From contig CM120641.1 of the NCBI GenBank assembly GCA_051362555.1, positions 21,142,001-21,206,000 on the forward strand: a DNA stretch of 64,000 nucleotides. The letters run 5' to 3'. The DNA is from Lingula anatina. Its lineage: Eukaryota > Animalia > Brachiopoda. Below are positions 1 through 11,400 of this stretch, one piece after another. Within the stretch, counting starts at the first letter, position 1, and each line of letters begins with the position of its first letter. Below the pieces are notes generated by a model. That model saw nothing but the letters and a program-made list of their open reading frames with translations. It was not told where the DNA came from and did no database searches. Both the position numbers and the translations under genes were made by a program.

Positions 1-650
1 TAACTTCCAGAAAAAGAAGCCAATTAGACTGCTTTTCCAACTCAGGCTGCATTTTAGTCCAGTATTTCTTTTCTGAACGTTTGGCAATCATCAGTAACAT
101 GGTCTTCCCATAATGGTCATCATGGCAGCAGCACCCAAAATTGTGTTTTCTTCTATTCTGATGCAATATTACATAGTGGTTAACAGCATAATGACCGTCA
201 ATTTTTAATAATAAAATATACGTATCATGGATTTTCAGAAAATGTGACTAGCATGGGTCTTCAAGCCCATGGAACTTCAAAGTCACACCTTGAAAATGCC
301 AATATGTGAAAAATTAAATTTTCACAAAAAAAAACTGTTTAACTAGCAGAAAGAATTACCAAACAGACTGCATTGCCTACTGAAGCTGTATTTTAGTCCC
401 ATGTTTCTTTCCTGTAAGTTTGAGAACAGTAAGTGACATGATTTTTCTTAAATGGTCATCATGGGAGCAGTGCCTAAAATATTTTTTTCCAAATTTTGAT
501 GCAATATTACATAACGTTTAACAGCATAATGAACATCAATTTTTAATACTAAAATATTAGTATTATGGATATTTAGAAAATGTGACTAGCTAAGGTCTTC
601 AGGCCCATGGAACTTCAAAGTCACAACTTGAAAATGCCAAAATGTAAACA
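1..650. repeat. Two diverged tandem copies of an about 340-bp unit
   Basis: 1-about 310 and about 340-645 share blocks such as AATGGTCATCATGG, GATGCAATATTACATA, TAACAGCATAATGA and CCCATGGAACTTCAAAGTCACA.CTTGAAAATGCCAA. Confidence 0.8.
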
Positions 651-1044
651 AGACAGCACTGTTCTGAAATGTTTTTTTTTCTCCATTTTTAACACTTTTT
701 TAACATAAAACAAAATTAACAGTTTACTGCCATTTTTATATGATCAACTAAGAAAATTGATGAGATGTGAAAAATATCAATAAAACGGTGTCAAATGTCC
801 AATTTCCTCCATTCTGAGTTTCTGAACATAGTGAATGATTGAATCTTACAAACTGCAATGATATGAGTTTATTTCCATTTTTGACATCTTATTACACAAT
901 ACACGATAACAAGTTTACCATCATTTTTAAGTAATTAACTAACAATGTTGTAAAGATGCAGGAAATGTCAAACAAACACTTTTACTTATCTTATTAATTA
1001 AATAATGAGACTGTTAACATGCCTAAGAATTGAATCTGAGGAAA

Positions 1045-1725
1045 TGTGAAAAAACAGCATAACTTATAAAATAATGGTCCGATTATGCTGATTTTCGAAC
1101 TTGACCTGCGTTTTAGTAAGATTGATTACTCCTGTGAGTTTCATGACAACAGGCCTATGGGTTTTCCTTGAAATGTGTTAACAGTGTTGCATATATGCTG
1201 AAAAGTGAAAAAACAGCATAACTACTAAAATAGTGGTCCGATCATGCCGATTTTCGAACTTGATCTGCGTTTTAGTAAGATTGATTACTCCTGTGAGTTT
1301 CATGACAACAGGCCTATCAGTTTTCCTTGAAATGTGTTAACAGTGTTGCATATATGCTGAAAAGTGAAAAAATGAAAAAAAACAGCATAACTACTAAAAT
1401 AGTGGCCCGATCATGCCGATTTTCGAACTTGACCTGCATTTTAGTAAGATTGATTACTCCTGTGAGTTTCATAACAATAGGCCTAACGGTTTTCCTTAAA
1501 ATGTGTTAACAAGGTTGCATATATGCTGAAAAGTGAAAAAACAGCATAACTTCTACAAAAATGGCCCGATCATGCTGATTTTCGAACTTGACCTGCATTT
1601 CATGGATATTCATCAGCTCTGTAAATATAAAGCCAAAAAGTAAAACTGCCTTCCTCTTATCGTGTTAACAAGGAAAGTGCACGGCATCGGCGACGGCGAC
1701 GACAGACGCAGGTGATGGCAATATG
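1045..1725. mobile_element. Tandem array of about 160-170-bp units (about 3.5 copies) with a GACG-rich end; probably the interior of a non-autonomous (Helentron/HINE-like) element in an MBIP intron
   Basis: Units start near 1046, 1204, 1364 and 1533, each with GTGAAAAAACAGCATAACT...CCGATCATGC.GATTTTCGAACTTGACCTGC, ending in GGCGACGGCGACGACAGACGCAGG. The superfamily assignment is inference. Confidence 0.6.
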
Positions 1726-1933
1726 TACAGACACATCTGTGTCTGTACATAAAAATGCATATTTTGAAACTTACTATTGGATTTTTATGACAGCAGAAGT
1801 CTCTAGCTATAACAATAGTGAAATGGGTAAATTTAAATTTTGAGGTAAAAAGCACTGTGTAAAATTAGGATAAAATTGACAAAAAGTTATTTTTGCCCAT
1901 ATTTTTTCATAACAAAAATGTACCTAGGCTTAC

Positions 1934-2614
1934 CTTGCTCTGCATTCAAAACATGGCAAAACTCTCTCCTGTTATTTTCATCAACCTCTAAACGTTTTCT
2001 TTGTATAAAAGCTGATATTCTCCTATCAATCTTTGAATAATAAAAAATACATTTTTATAATATTAAAAACTTGGTGCAGTCATTGAAAAAACTGTAACTG
2101 AATCATTCCGGAAATTTCTCTGAAAAGCATAAGAAGGGGAATTGAAAACTGACAACTAAGAATACTATACAAAATAGTAATATTGTAGATTCACAATTAA
2201 AATATGATCTAAACTGATGCAATTATAATTAAAACAAAAGTGGAAATAAGAGTTATTACGTAATAAAACAATTAAAAATATGTTGCTACTTTTCTAATCA
2301 TATCATGAACAATCCGGACTCACCTCAGTCTTATCAGCCTTCAACTGAACAATATTTGTATCTTCTGGAGGTATTTTTCTTTTTTTCTGCTTATCATTTG
2401 CTACTGGATTATCTGAAATTGCACTTTCTTTTGTTGATGTTGTTGTTACTGTTGTTGCAATAGCCTGGCAGTCACTGGGCACATCACAAGTGTGCTGGCT
2501 TTCATCACTGCTATCATGTTTTACAACATTACCATTGTTAGTCTTTTGTTGTAGAATTTCCAGTGCTTCCTGAAACATGCATAAAATTAGCATCCTAAGC
2601 ACCTGATGTGAGCA

Positions 2615-2669
<55 letters not shown>

Positions 2670-2952
2670 ATCCACCAGGATAATCTATTGGCAATTTGGA
2701 ATGTAGACTACTGTCCATTAATGGCATTTTAGTATCACTTTTAACCATAATTACCTGAAGGCTTTTAATAAGCTCTGATAAGCCATTGGCCAAAGCTTCA
2801 CTGTCTACAGATTGATCCAAATGATCACAACTTGTGGCATCAGTAATTACTGATAATGGCTGGTGTTGCTGAAACAATTCATATGAACATACTGAGTACA
2901 TATGTTTTATATCATGTAAGGAGTACTCTTGCATGTTATGCCCCTTAATCAT
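1934..2952 (-). CDS. MBIP: MAP3K12-binding inhibitory protein 1 (ATAC complex subunit), partial multi-exon gene
   Basis: Exons about 2952-2755, 2569-2324 and 2030-1934 join in phase at GT-AG sites to give ...NIVQLKADKTE|IDRRISAFIQRKRLEVDENNRREFCHVLNAEQ, which matches the conserved MBIP core (VQIKAGKAEIDRRISAFIERKQAEINENNVREFCNV). The true start is uncertain (possible small upstream exons about 3047-3300). Downstream exons were not found and presumably lie left of the window. Confidence 0.85.
2614..2671. repeat. (AAAT)n microsatellite
   Basis: Directly visible in an MBIP intron. Confidence 0.95.
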
Positions 2953-3120
2953 CTTTATCGACTTATCAGTTTTAACTTTTTAATCCACGTGTCAAAAAGA
3001 AAAAAGTTTTATAGCGAAATTCATGAAAATATAATTTGATAAGTACCTTGTACCGGTATGTAGATGTGCCTGTATGTCACTATGTGTGTGTGGGGGGATT
3101 ATTACCTCAACACAGTACGA

Positions 3121-3163
<43 letters not shown>

Positions 3164-3510
3164 AGAGAGAGAGAGATATGCTTGTTTGTAGTGAATGCAT
3201 CATACCTGTTCTATAAACTGCCTTATACTGTGCAAAACTTTGGAAAACATACTTAGACCTTTTACACCTACTGCAGCACATCTCTGACTGGTTCCTAATA
3301 TCAACGTTTTCGCTCTTTCATATATAAATGTTAATAATCATTTGCTCAAATCATAAACATGTATAAGAAGCTGGTAAACGCCCCTTTACAGATAATTCAA
3401 TCAATTTTTTTTAATAAATATGATTTGATTACTAATATCTAAATGAAACTAAATGATTAAATACGTGTGAAAATATCACGGAATTAATCAAGTTTGAATT
3501 TCGAACCAAC
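2953..3510. promoter_or_regulatory. Putative bidirectional promoter region MBIP/PIGF
   Basis: Divergent genes with coding sequences under 600 bp apart; AACATGGCGG start context at PIGF. May contain small MBIP 5' exons. Confidence 0.5.
3123..3176. repeat. (GT)n(GA)n microsatellite
   Basis: Directly visible. Confidence 0.95.
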
Positions 3511-5768
3511 ATGGCGGGGACAACTTTAAAGAGCTCGTCAACAGGGCCTGCACTACTTCTTAACGTGCTAAGCGTTTTGTGTATAATTTTGTTTGCATAT
3601 TTTACATACACAAACTTTAACATACTGACGTTCGTTGAGATATACATAATAGTGTCAGTTATAATCCAAGTTCTTATGCTGGTGTCACTTTTCAACGTCC
3701 ATCCTCGGAAGGTGTGTTTTCTGAAGAACCAAATACGAAATTCTGTACACCTAAATTATTCATGTTATATGTCATTTTATGTAGTGTCTTTTGACGAGAT
3801 TTGTTTTTTATATCCGATCTATTTTCTTTATAAGATGCTTGTAAGAAGGCGAATCAAGTGTAAATATGATCCACTCATTAAAGTCTTAAATTTACAGATA
3901 AGTAATGTAATGGAAGGAATAATTTGCTGGATCGGGTCCTCCCTAGCCTTTCATACTATTGCTGTGCTATATGGGGCTCCACTATTCAGGTAATGCAAAA
4001 TGAACCTAGCTGTCATTGAGGAGTGGATGCATTGGTTTATAGTGAGAAGATTTTTAATTATATAAAAATATAGTAAAAGTAGTAACCTACATAATGATTT
4101 TATTGCCCACAATCTTATATGTGTAGGTCTTTGCTTTGATGTGTTTTTTTTTTCTGTTTTTCTAAAATCAGTTCAGGGTTGGCGACTTGGCGTACCTATT
4201 GGTGATACTTGTCTGATGTCGGACAACTAGAATTTATGTCATACTTGCCTGAAAACGCAAGTGACTTTCTGATGGATCACTCGCCGACAGAAATTCAGTG
4301 TTTTCGCTGTATTCAAATCTACTAGGCATACGGATGTTGATTTTGTAGTGTTGCAAGTAGATTTGCAAACCTTTTTTTGCCCTCAGAGCAAGTACCTGTA
4401 AATAGTTTATGTCAAGCCCTGCAGTGACATGTATATGGTGTTGTTTTTCATAATATAAATTAGGTGTGTAATTTACTTGCTGATATTTTGATATGACATC
4501 AGCAATCATTACATTTGAATGGGTTGGAAGTTTCTTGTGAAAACACCAAAAAATCGTTAAGTAATAAATCATTAAATAAGAAAAATAAGTATTTTTACTC
4601 ATGTCATGAGAGAATGTGCCGGAAGAAATTTGTGAAATACTGTTGTGACACTAACAAATTACATCAAATAACTTGACTGCTTAATTTCCCTTTTCAGTTC
4701 TGTATCAGAAACTTTCCATTTAGCAATGTTGTTGGCAACCACAGCTGTTTTACCAGGACTGATGGTGCTGGGGATAAGAAAAGAAGAATGGACAAGACTT
4801 TTCTTTAAAACAAGGTGACTTATTTCCTAGCAAGTTTAAGAAAAAAACATCTTATTTCTGAAATAACACAACTGTTGGTCTATTACTTATTTATGTTTTT
4901 AATTCATATGGTAAGTTGTTGAACAGTATGATCTGCTAGAACAATTTGACCAAATGAATAATAAGACATGAATTTTGTTTTGGCAGAACAATGCATCTAA
5001 AATTACATGTATACTTTTTATTTTACTTTGAAGAACTCAATGAATTATTGTATAAAAAGTATAACTAGACACATTCAGATTTAAGTACTGTAAACAGCAG
5101 CAGAATATCATTGGATCTGTAAAAGGAGTAAACTAAAATTAAAAACCTGTTATATCTTTTTTTATATTTATCAAAGGATTTTTTCCAGTCCATCCAGTGC
5201 TTTAGAAATCAGTATATTGGCCAGTGGTGTATGCAGTGTATTGGGTGCATGGCTGGGAGCTTTCCCAATTCCTTTAGACTGGGACAGGCCTTGGCAGGTA
5301 ATTTGAGAATTTTTTATCTAATATCAGTTGAAACTATCGGTCTATATAGATCGATCCAGCTGGGCAGGGAGTCTAAAAAAAATCCAATCAGTTTAACAGG
5401 TAAACAAGCCTCTTGTTTCGAAAGGTACTGTTTAATCACCAGCTTTTCTGTATTCTACTAATTGCTAGGTGTTAAGCTGTTAAACTGATTGCATTTAGCA
5501 AGAGTCCGTGCGGAGATTGATTGATTTACCTAGATCAGTAGTTTCAATGGAATGAGTACTGTGTTGTTTTCGTCTTTTTCTCTTTAACATAAGGTGATGA
5601 TATTCTTGATACTTTCTGCACAGAAAATCAATTTATCTTTTTATTTTATAGGTCTGGCCGATTAGCTGTGTGATAGGGACCCTTGCAGGCTATAGTTGTG
5701 GACTGATTTTTGCTACTTGTTTCATCTTATACCAAAATATGAAAGGCAGCAAATCAAAACTTTTCTGA
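3511..5768 (+). CDS. PIGF: Phosphatidylinositol-glycan biosynthesis class F protein (GPI ethanolamine-phosphate transferase stabilising subunit), 5 exons, 211 aa
   Basis: Exons 3511-3711, 3898-3989, 4698-4814, 5189-5297, 5652-5768 (636 nt, in phase, GT-AG). The hydrophobic product has VLYGAPL, ETFHLAMLL and the diagnostic [24 protein letters not shown] motif. AATAAA at 6163-6168. Confidence 0.95.
5325..5550. mobile_element. Family B-related foldback element in PIGF intron 4; its right end is duplicated at about 6254-6350
   Basis: Inverted ends TTGAAACTATCGGTCTATATAGATCGATC / GATTGATTTACCTAGATCAGTAGTTTCAA. The block TAAACTGATTGCATTTAGC...TAGTTTCAATGGAATGA.TACTG recurs at 6254-6350. Confidence 0.5.
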
Positions 5769-6761
5769 AAGACAGTGGAATATTCTGCAGGATTTATTGA
5801 AAAAAAATTGCACTTAAGCTATTTGAAAACGTTTTGCCATCTACAAGACACATTTGTTTAATGTGCTACTGATTGTGGCTGATACAGTAATTTCCTAGTT
5901 TTATATTGTTATTACAGTATATTCTTTTTGTTCAAAATAAGTCAGAGATGCTTTAACCACGAGTGAAAGATTTAAGGGTCATCTCTGCTTTCAGGAATTT
6001 CATACTTTATTTTGAACATTTTTTTCATATGGTCTGAATGCATTTGATCTTTGATTTCAGGATTATTAGTTTTTATAACCTTCACCCATGAACTTTTATC
6101 ACTTTTGTCATTCTTGTTTTTGAAATGTTGTGTTCCACCAACTTTTCATTGATAATCAGAAGAATAAAGACAGAAAATGTGATATCAACTGTGACTCCAC
6201 TTTACTTGACGCGCTTAGAGTGGGCAGTACCACTGATGACACTGATGACATGTTAAACTGATTGCATTTAGCGGAGTTTGATTTACATAGATCAATAGTT
6301 TCAATGGAATGAATACTGTTGTTTTAGTCTTTTTCTCTTTAAGATAAGGTACATCACTTAATTGAGTGCTTATCATTTCATTCTTTTCATTAATACTAAA
6401 GTAAAATAATTATAGTAGCAAAAATTAAGTATTCAACATGATGTAACACAACCCTTGTCTTTCTCACTGAAGTCATTGTCATGAAAAAAAAAACAGCTTT
6501 GCGGATCATAAAACACCTTGTTGTCTTTTAGTCGGTGATAATCATAAAAAACAGCACTGGAAGCACTGGTCTACAGTGTTCAAATTAAAAAAAAAACTGA
6601 GTTATGTTGGCCTTATCACTCTACGGCACCATACTGCAACTTTACTGTAAATATGAACTATTATAAAGCTCGACCGATTTCATCATTATTGAATAGGTCA
6701 AATGCACACGTTAGTTCAACCGGACAGGAACGACTTGGCCTACTCACTGTAAGTATTCTTA

Positions 6762-6805
6762 GGCGCTCTCTAGCGGGATATCTTTCCGAAACTAGGTCAC
6801 ATGAC
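6762..6805. promoter_or_regulatory. CTCF-like site and CLEAR/E-box-like motif just upstream of the J-protein ATG
   Basis: GGCGCTCTCTAGCGG 6762-6776 (reverse complement CCGCTAGAGAGCGCC, close to the CTCF core) and GTCACATGAC 6796-6805 (MITF/TFE/USF-type E-box). Confidence 0.35.
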
Positions 6806-6814
6806 AAGTGCACG

Positions 6815-8409
6815 ATGGCGGCAGTTGGAAGTGAGCGATCGCGGTGCCTGGATATACTAGAGTTGGACGACACAGCAAGTTTAGGTAAATTAATCAGCAG
6901 GACAATAATTATCACTATTTTCGGCCATTCAAATGACGGCAGCATGCAGGAATTCTTTCTTTACAAATTATGGGAGGTTTTAGATGTAGTCGCACTGGGC
7001 TCTCTTCTGAACTCTTGTGCGAGTCATTCAAGTTACTGTGACGGTGTGGCATAGCATTCGCCAAATAACTAAGTTCCAGTACTCTTTTAATGTTCGGTGT
7101 TCATTTACCACCACGTTTTTGCTCGCACGCTCAGCAAGTGCAGTAAACGCATATGGAACATGCCCGTAGCCAGCAATTTCAAAAGGGGGGTTCTTTTTTT
7201 GAAAAGTTGACTTGGCTAAAATGGGTACAATGGCCTGGCATCACCTGCCTGACACTCGTCTTTCCTCCCCACTCCTCTCTCTCTCTCTCTCTCGTTTATG
7301 TATCTTAAACTTCATAACAATGGTACAAACTGAATTGTTCAACAGTAAAATGGGAGGGGAATTACAACATTCATTTGATATAGACCTCATGTTTCTTAGT
7401 TCTGGTCATCAAAATTGTCACAAAAGCATTTGCTGCATGGCTCTTCCTACTCTTTCATCCACTTGTCTTTGATCTTGCATTACACAGTGGGACACTTTGT
7501 AAACTGATCACAGATGTTTTAACTCTGGCAGTCTGCAGCCCGCAATTTAAGACTGCATTCCCACAGATATTTAGATCAATCTATCCCCCTGGGGAGTCTC
7601 ACTAGACTGCTGTCAGCTAACCAGCTTAAATGTCTGTCCTGCCTACTAAAAGCTGTAAGGGGGTAATTAACTTTTGTGCTCGCTCGGCTCCCGGAAGCTG
7701 ACAGTAAATTAGCTTGAACCCCCTGGGAGTTAGGTCGATTCAGATGGATTGATCTAAATCTGTGGGAACCTAGTCTTAAAGAGCGAGGTTTTCTCTCTAA
7801 AGTGCCCTACCTCCTCATTTGATTGAATGATGATATATTGTGCAATTCAGTAAGACCCATTTAAAAAAGGTGTTGTCAAATATAGAATATATCAATTTAA
7901 TTATGGGAACTACCTGAAAAGTAATCATGGCAAAAATAAATAATGAATATACAAACAAATAATTTTCAATGCGGTTAAAGTTTGTTTGTTTTTTTAATTT
8001 GACATGAACTATTATTAATATTGATTATTGATTTTTTTTGCTTTTTTGCAGTGGAAATCAAACAGGCTTATAAAAAGCTGGCATTGCAGTATCACCCAGA
8101 TAAGGTACGTAAACGACTAGGATAACCAACCTGATGTCACCCTATGCAGAAGAAAATATGATTTAACTAATTAGGAAAATCAGATGATTCATGTACTTGC
8201 TATTGATTAAGTCAAAAACTGCAAAGACTAAAGCAAAATCTTGATATGATATAGTTATAGTTATGATAATTGTTTTTTTTTTTTTTCTTGTCTGGCTATT
8301 TTTGCACATTTTTAAACAATACAAATATACAAATTATATAAAGCTTTTACAACAGGCTTTGAACTAGATGAGAAATGGAAAGTATGGTGACTGAGTAGTG
8401 TAAGATATG

Positions 8410-8466
<57 letters not shown>

Positions 8467-11400
8467 AATACTTGTTCAAACATCTAGTACACAAGACATG
8501 GCATAAAAACATTAACTAAGAGTCCACATATCTCTTTTGGAAATAACGATGGTCATGTGTCACTTAATTAGGTCGACATGGAGTGTCTCTTTGGTACTTG
8601 TTTTTACAAAATTAAGCAGTCAGTCTTTGGTCTTTGGATTCTATAATGTCCTGATGATAAATGATACCCCTTTGAACTAATGATGGATACCCTAGCAGCT
8701 GTCCCTGTTGTGTATCAATATTTCCTGGGAGACCATCAAGTTAATTGAAAGAAGTATCTGTTTAAGAGGCCGTTCCCATAGATATTTAGATCGATTTATC
8801 TGCCTGGGGAGTCTCACTAGATATCTGTCAGCTTAACCGGCTTTAATGTCTGTCCCGCCTACTAAAAGCTGTAAGGGGGTAATAAAATTTTCTGTGCCCT
8901 CGGCTCCCGGAAGCTGACAGCAATTTAGCGTGAACCCCCTGGGAGTTAGGTCAATCCAGATGGATCGATCTAAATCTGTGGGAACCCAGTCTAAGAAGTG
9001 TCTGTTATTTAGCCTGCTCTTCAGGCATGACACAGGCTTCTTCTTGATTGAGTATTTATAATTCACTACCAGACTGGATTTCAAAACTTTAAGGTCCCAT
9101 ACATTACAATTGGCCTTGTTTTTCTTGTCATATTTGATGCATAACATGGGAAGTAACACAGATATTTTTATGCTTGTTGATTGATGTCTTGCAACATTTT
9201 TTTTTGCTTCAAATGAAACAGAATCCAGATGATGAAGAGGCCACTAAAAAGTTCCAAGAACTGAGCTGGGCATATGAAAAACTTTCCACAGCTAATCATC
9301 GTAGGTTTAGTAATGCATTCACTTCATATTAGACAACAATTGAATTTGGTCTTAATTTTCAAATTAAGTGAGAATTGTATAAGATTTTCTCAGAGCATCT
9401 TATTAATTCTTATTAATTCCATTTTTGTTTTGATTCTATATTTTTGTCAGATTGATAAAGAAATAAGTACTGTGCAAAATTTGTTGTTGTTTTTGTTTTT
9501 TTTTTTTAATGTCAGGTTGATAGTACTGTTTGTAGTGGTCATTAGTTAGTAACTAAAGAAATGAATAAACAGATGCTATTAATAAAGTTTGTAAGTTAAT
9601 TTTCTTTCCAGTAATATTTTGAACAGCCTGTTTAAATTTCCTAACTAATGATTTAATAATAATTTCCTCATCAGATCACTGTCAACATTGCGGAGGATGC
9701 CACAGTGAACATGAGGACAGTTTTGAAAATGGTGAAGAGGAGGAGGATTTTTTGTCATCATATTTTGTAAGTATATTATGCAGGTAATCACTGACATGAC
9801 TCATTATTTTAATTTGCCTGAACAACACTCTAATCCTGGCTTTAATTTAGAAAGACAATTTGATTAACCCATTCTCTGGGAAGGAGAGGGGTGGGGGATG
9901 GATTGAGGAAGTTTGGGCCTTAAAACTGTAACAAGAAAAATCGAGATGTAAATGGGGATTTTCAAATATTTATGGTAATTACTCAATAAATTTGCACAAA
10001 AATGATAAATAATATGTCCAAGAACAGTGTGTTTTTAATAATACCAAGAATTAATGTATTAATACCTTGAAAAAGATTTAAAGAAAAGAAAATTCCCAAA
10101 ACCAAAAGCAATTTTGGTTCTTGAAATTTTTGCTGAAAATGATGAACTTCAATATAAGTATGGACTAAATGCAAAAGATAAACATATTGACTAATTAGCA
10201 TACAGAGATGTACCATGGAGCAGGCTGCTTGACTAGGATTAGATTAGCACAGTAACTCTCTACAGGGTAATTGTACAGTCTTACCTTGATTACAGTGTTT
10301 GTGGGTGGGATATTAGAGAGGGGTTGGATTGGATGTGGTGAGTTAATTGTAGTCAGACAGCATGCTGGGATGGAAGCTAGATCAGATTTAATTGTACATC
10401 GCAAATAATAGCTTTGTCGTACACACATTTCTCTAAAAGTAGAAGATTGAGTGAAGAATATTTGTTCGAATTGAGAAATTGAAGGGGATTGCATCTTTGC
10501 TGTAGTAACAATTTATGTGGATTACAATCAGGTGTGTAGTAATGTAATAAAATTTTTATACATCTCAACTTTGAAAATTTAATTTTTATATTGTAGATGG
10601 AGCTGTTTTTTGAAACTCTTGAAGAAAAAGTAATGCAAAGGAGTAAGTAAAATTGAATATTGTATTAGCAGATGTGTTAATTTTCATTTTACTGAATTGA
10701 AAATATTTTGAAATCAGACTTTTTTTTGCCAGTAATGACTTAGCTACACGTCCCAGTTCTTTTCTTTGTGTTAAAATAAACAAGTAAGTTTGCACATCTA
10801 CAATTTTAACTATGTTTAACTGTGTTTATGGGTACTGTGTATGTTTCAGGATTTATGAATAAAAAGAAGCGTCAGTATTATCAATGGACAAAAGAAGATG
10901 AAGAAGAAGAACAGTTTTACACTTACTTGTTTGAGGTAACATAATATTTATAGATTGTATGACAATCCATATTTAGTGTTTATAAAATGCTTCTAGAAAT
11001 TCATGAAAGCTCTCTCAAATTAATACTTATTGTACATTTTAATTATAAAATTGGTTGGCTGTGTGGGAAACGATTGTCGTAGGATACTTGAATTATTTAT
11101 ATGGTGAGATTTCATGAAATATTGATAATCCTCTGGAAATCATTTCATGTTTATTAAGGTGAATATTCACTCTACTCTTTACAGAAAAGGAAGGCTTATG
11201 AAGAGGAAGATGTACAACTAACTCAGGAAGAGGTGGGTTTAAAACTAGCTGATATTTATGTTAAACATAACAATTTTTGTATCTGTTGAAATATTAGGTT
11301 GAAGCCTTTGCTTTTATCATATAGGGAAAATTATTCAGCAGAATTTGAATAATAAATATCTCTCTTTTTTTTTAGATTCACAGATTTCATTCTTTTGATG

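Noticed and set aside
1045-1620. CRISPR-like array
   Set aside because: Eukaryotic context; the units are long tandem repeats without unique spacers and there are no cas genes.
4174-4421. Possible CAGGG...CCCTG element in PIGF intron 2, and ORF 4234-4602
   Set aside because: The terminal match is only about 5 bp with an imperfect TSD, and the ORF has no recognisable features.
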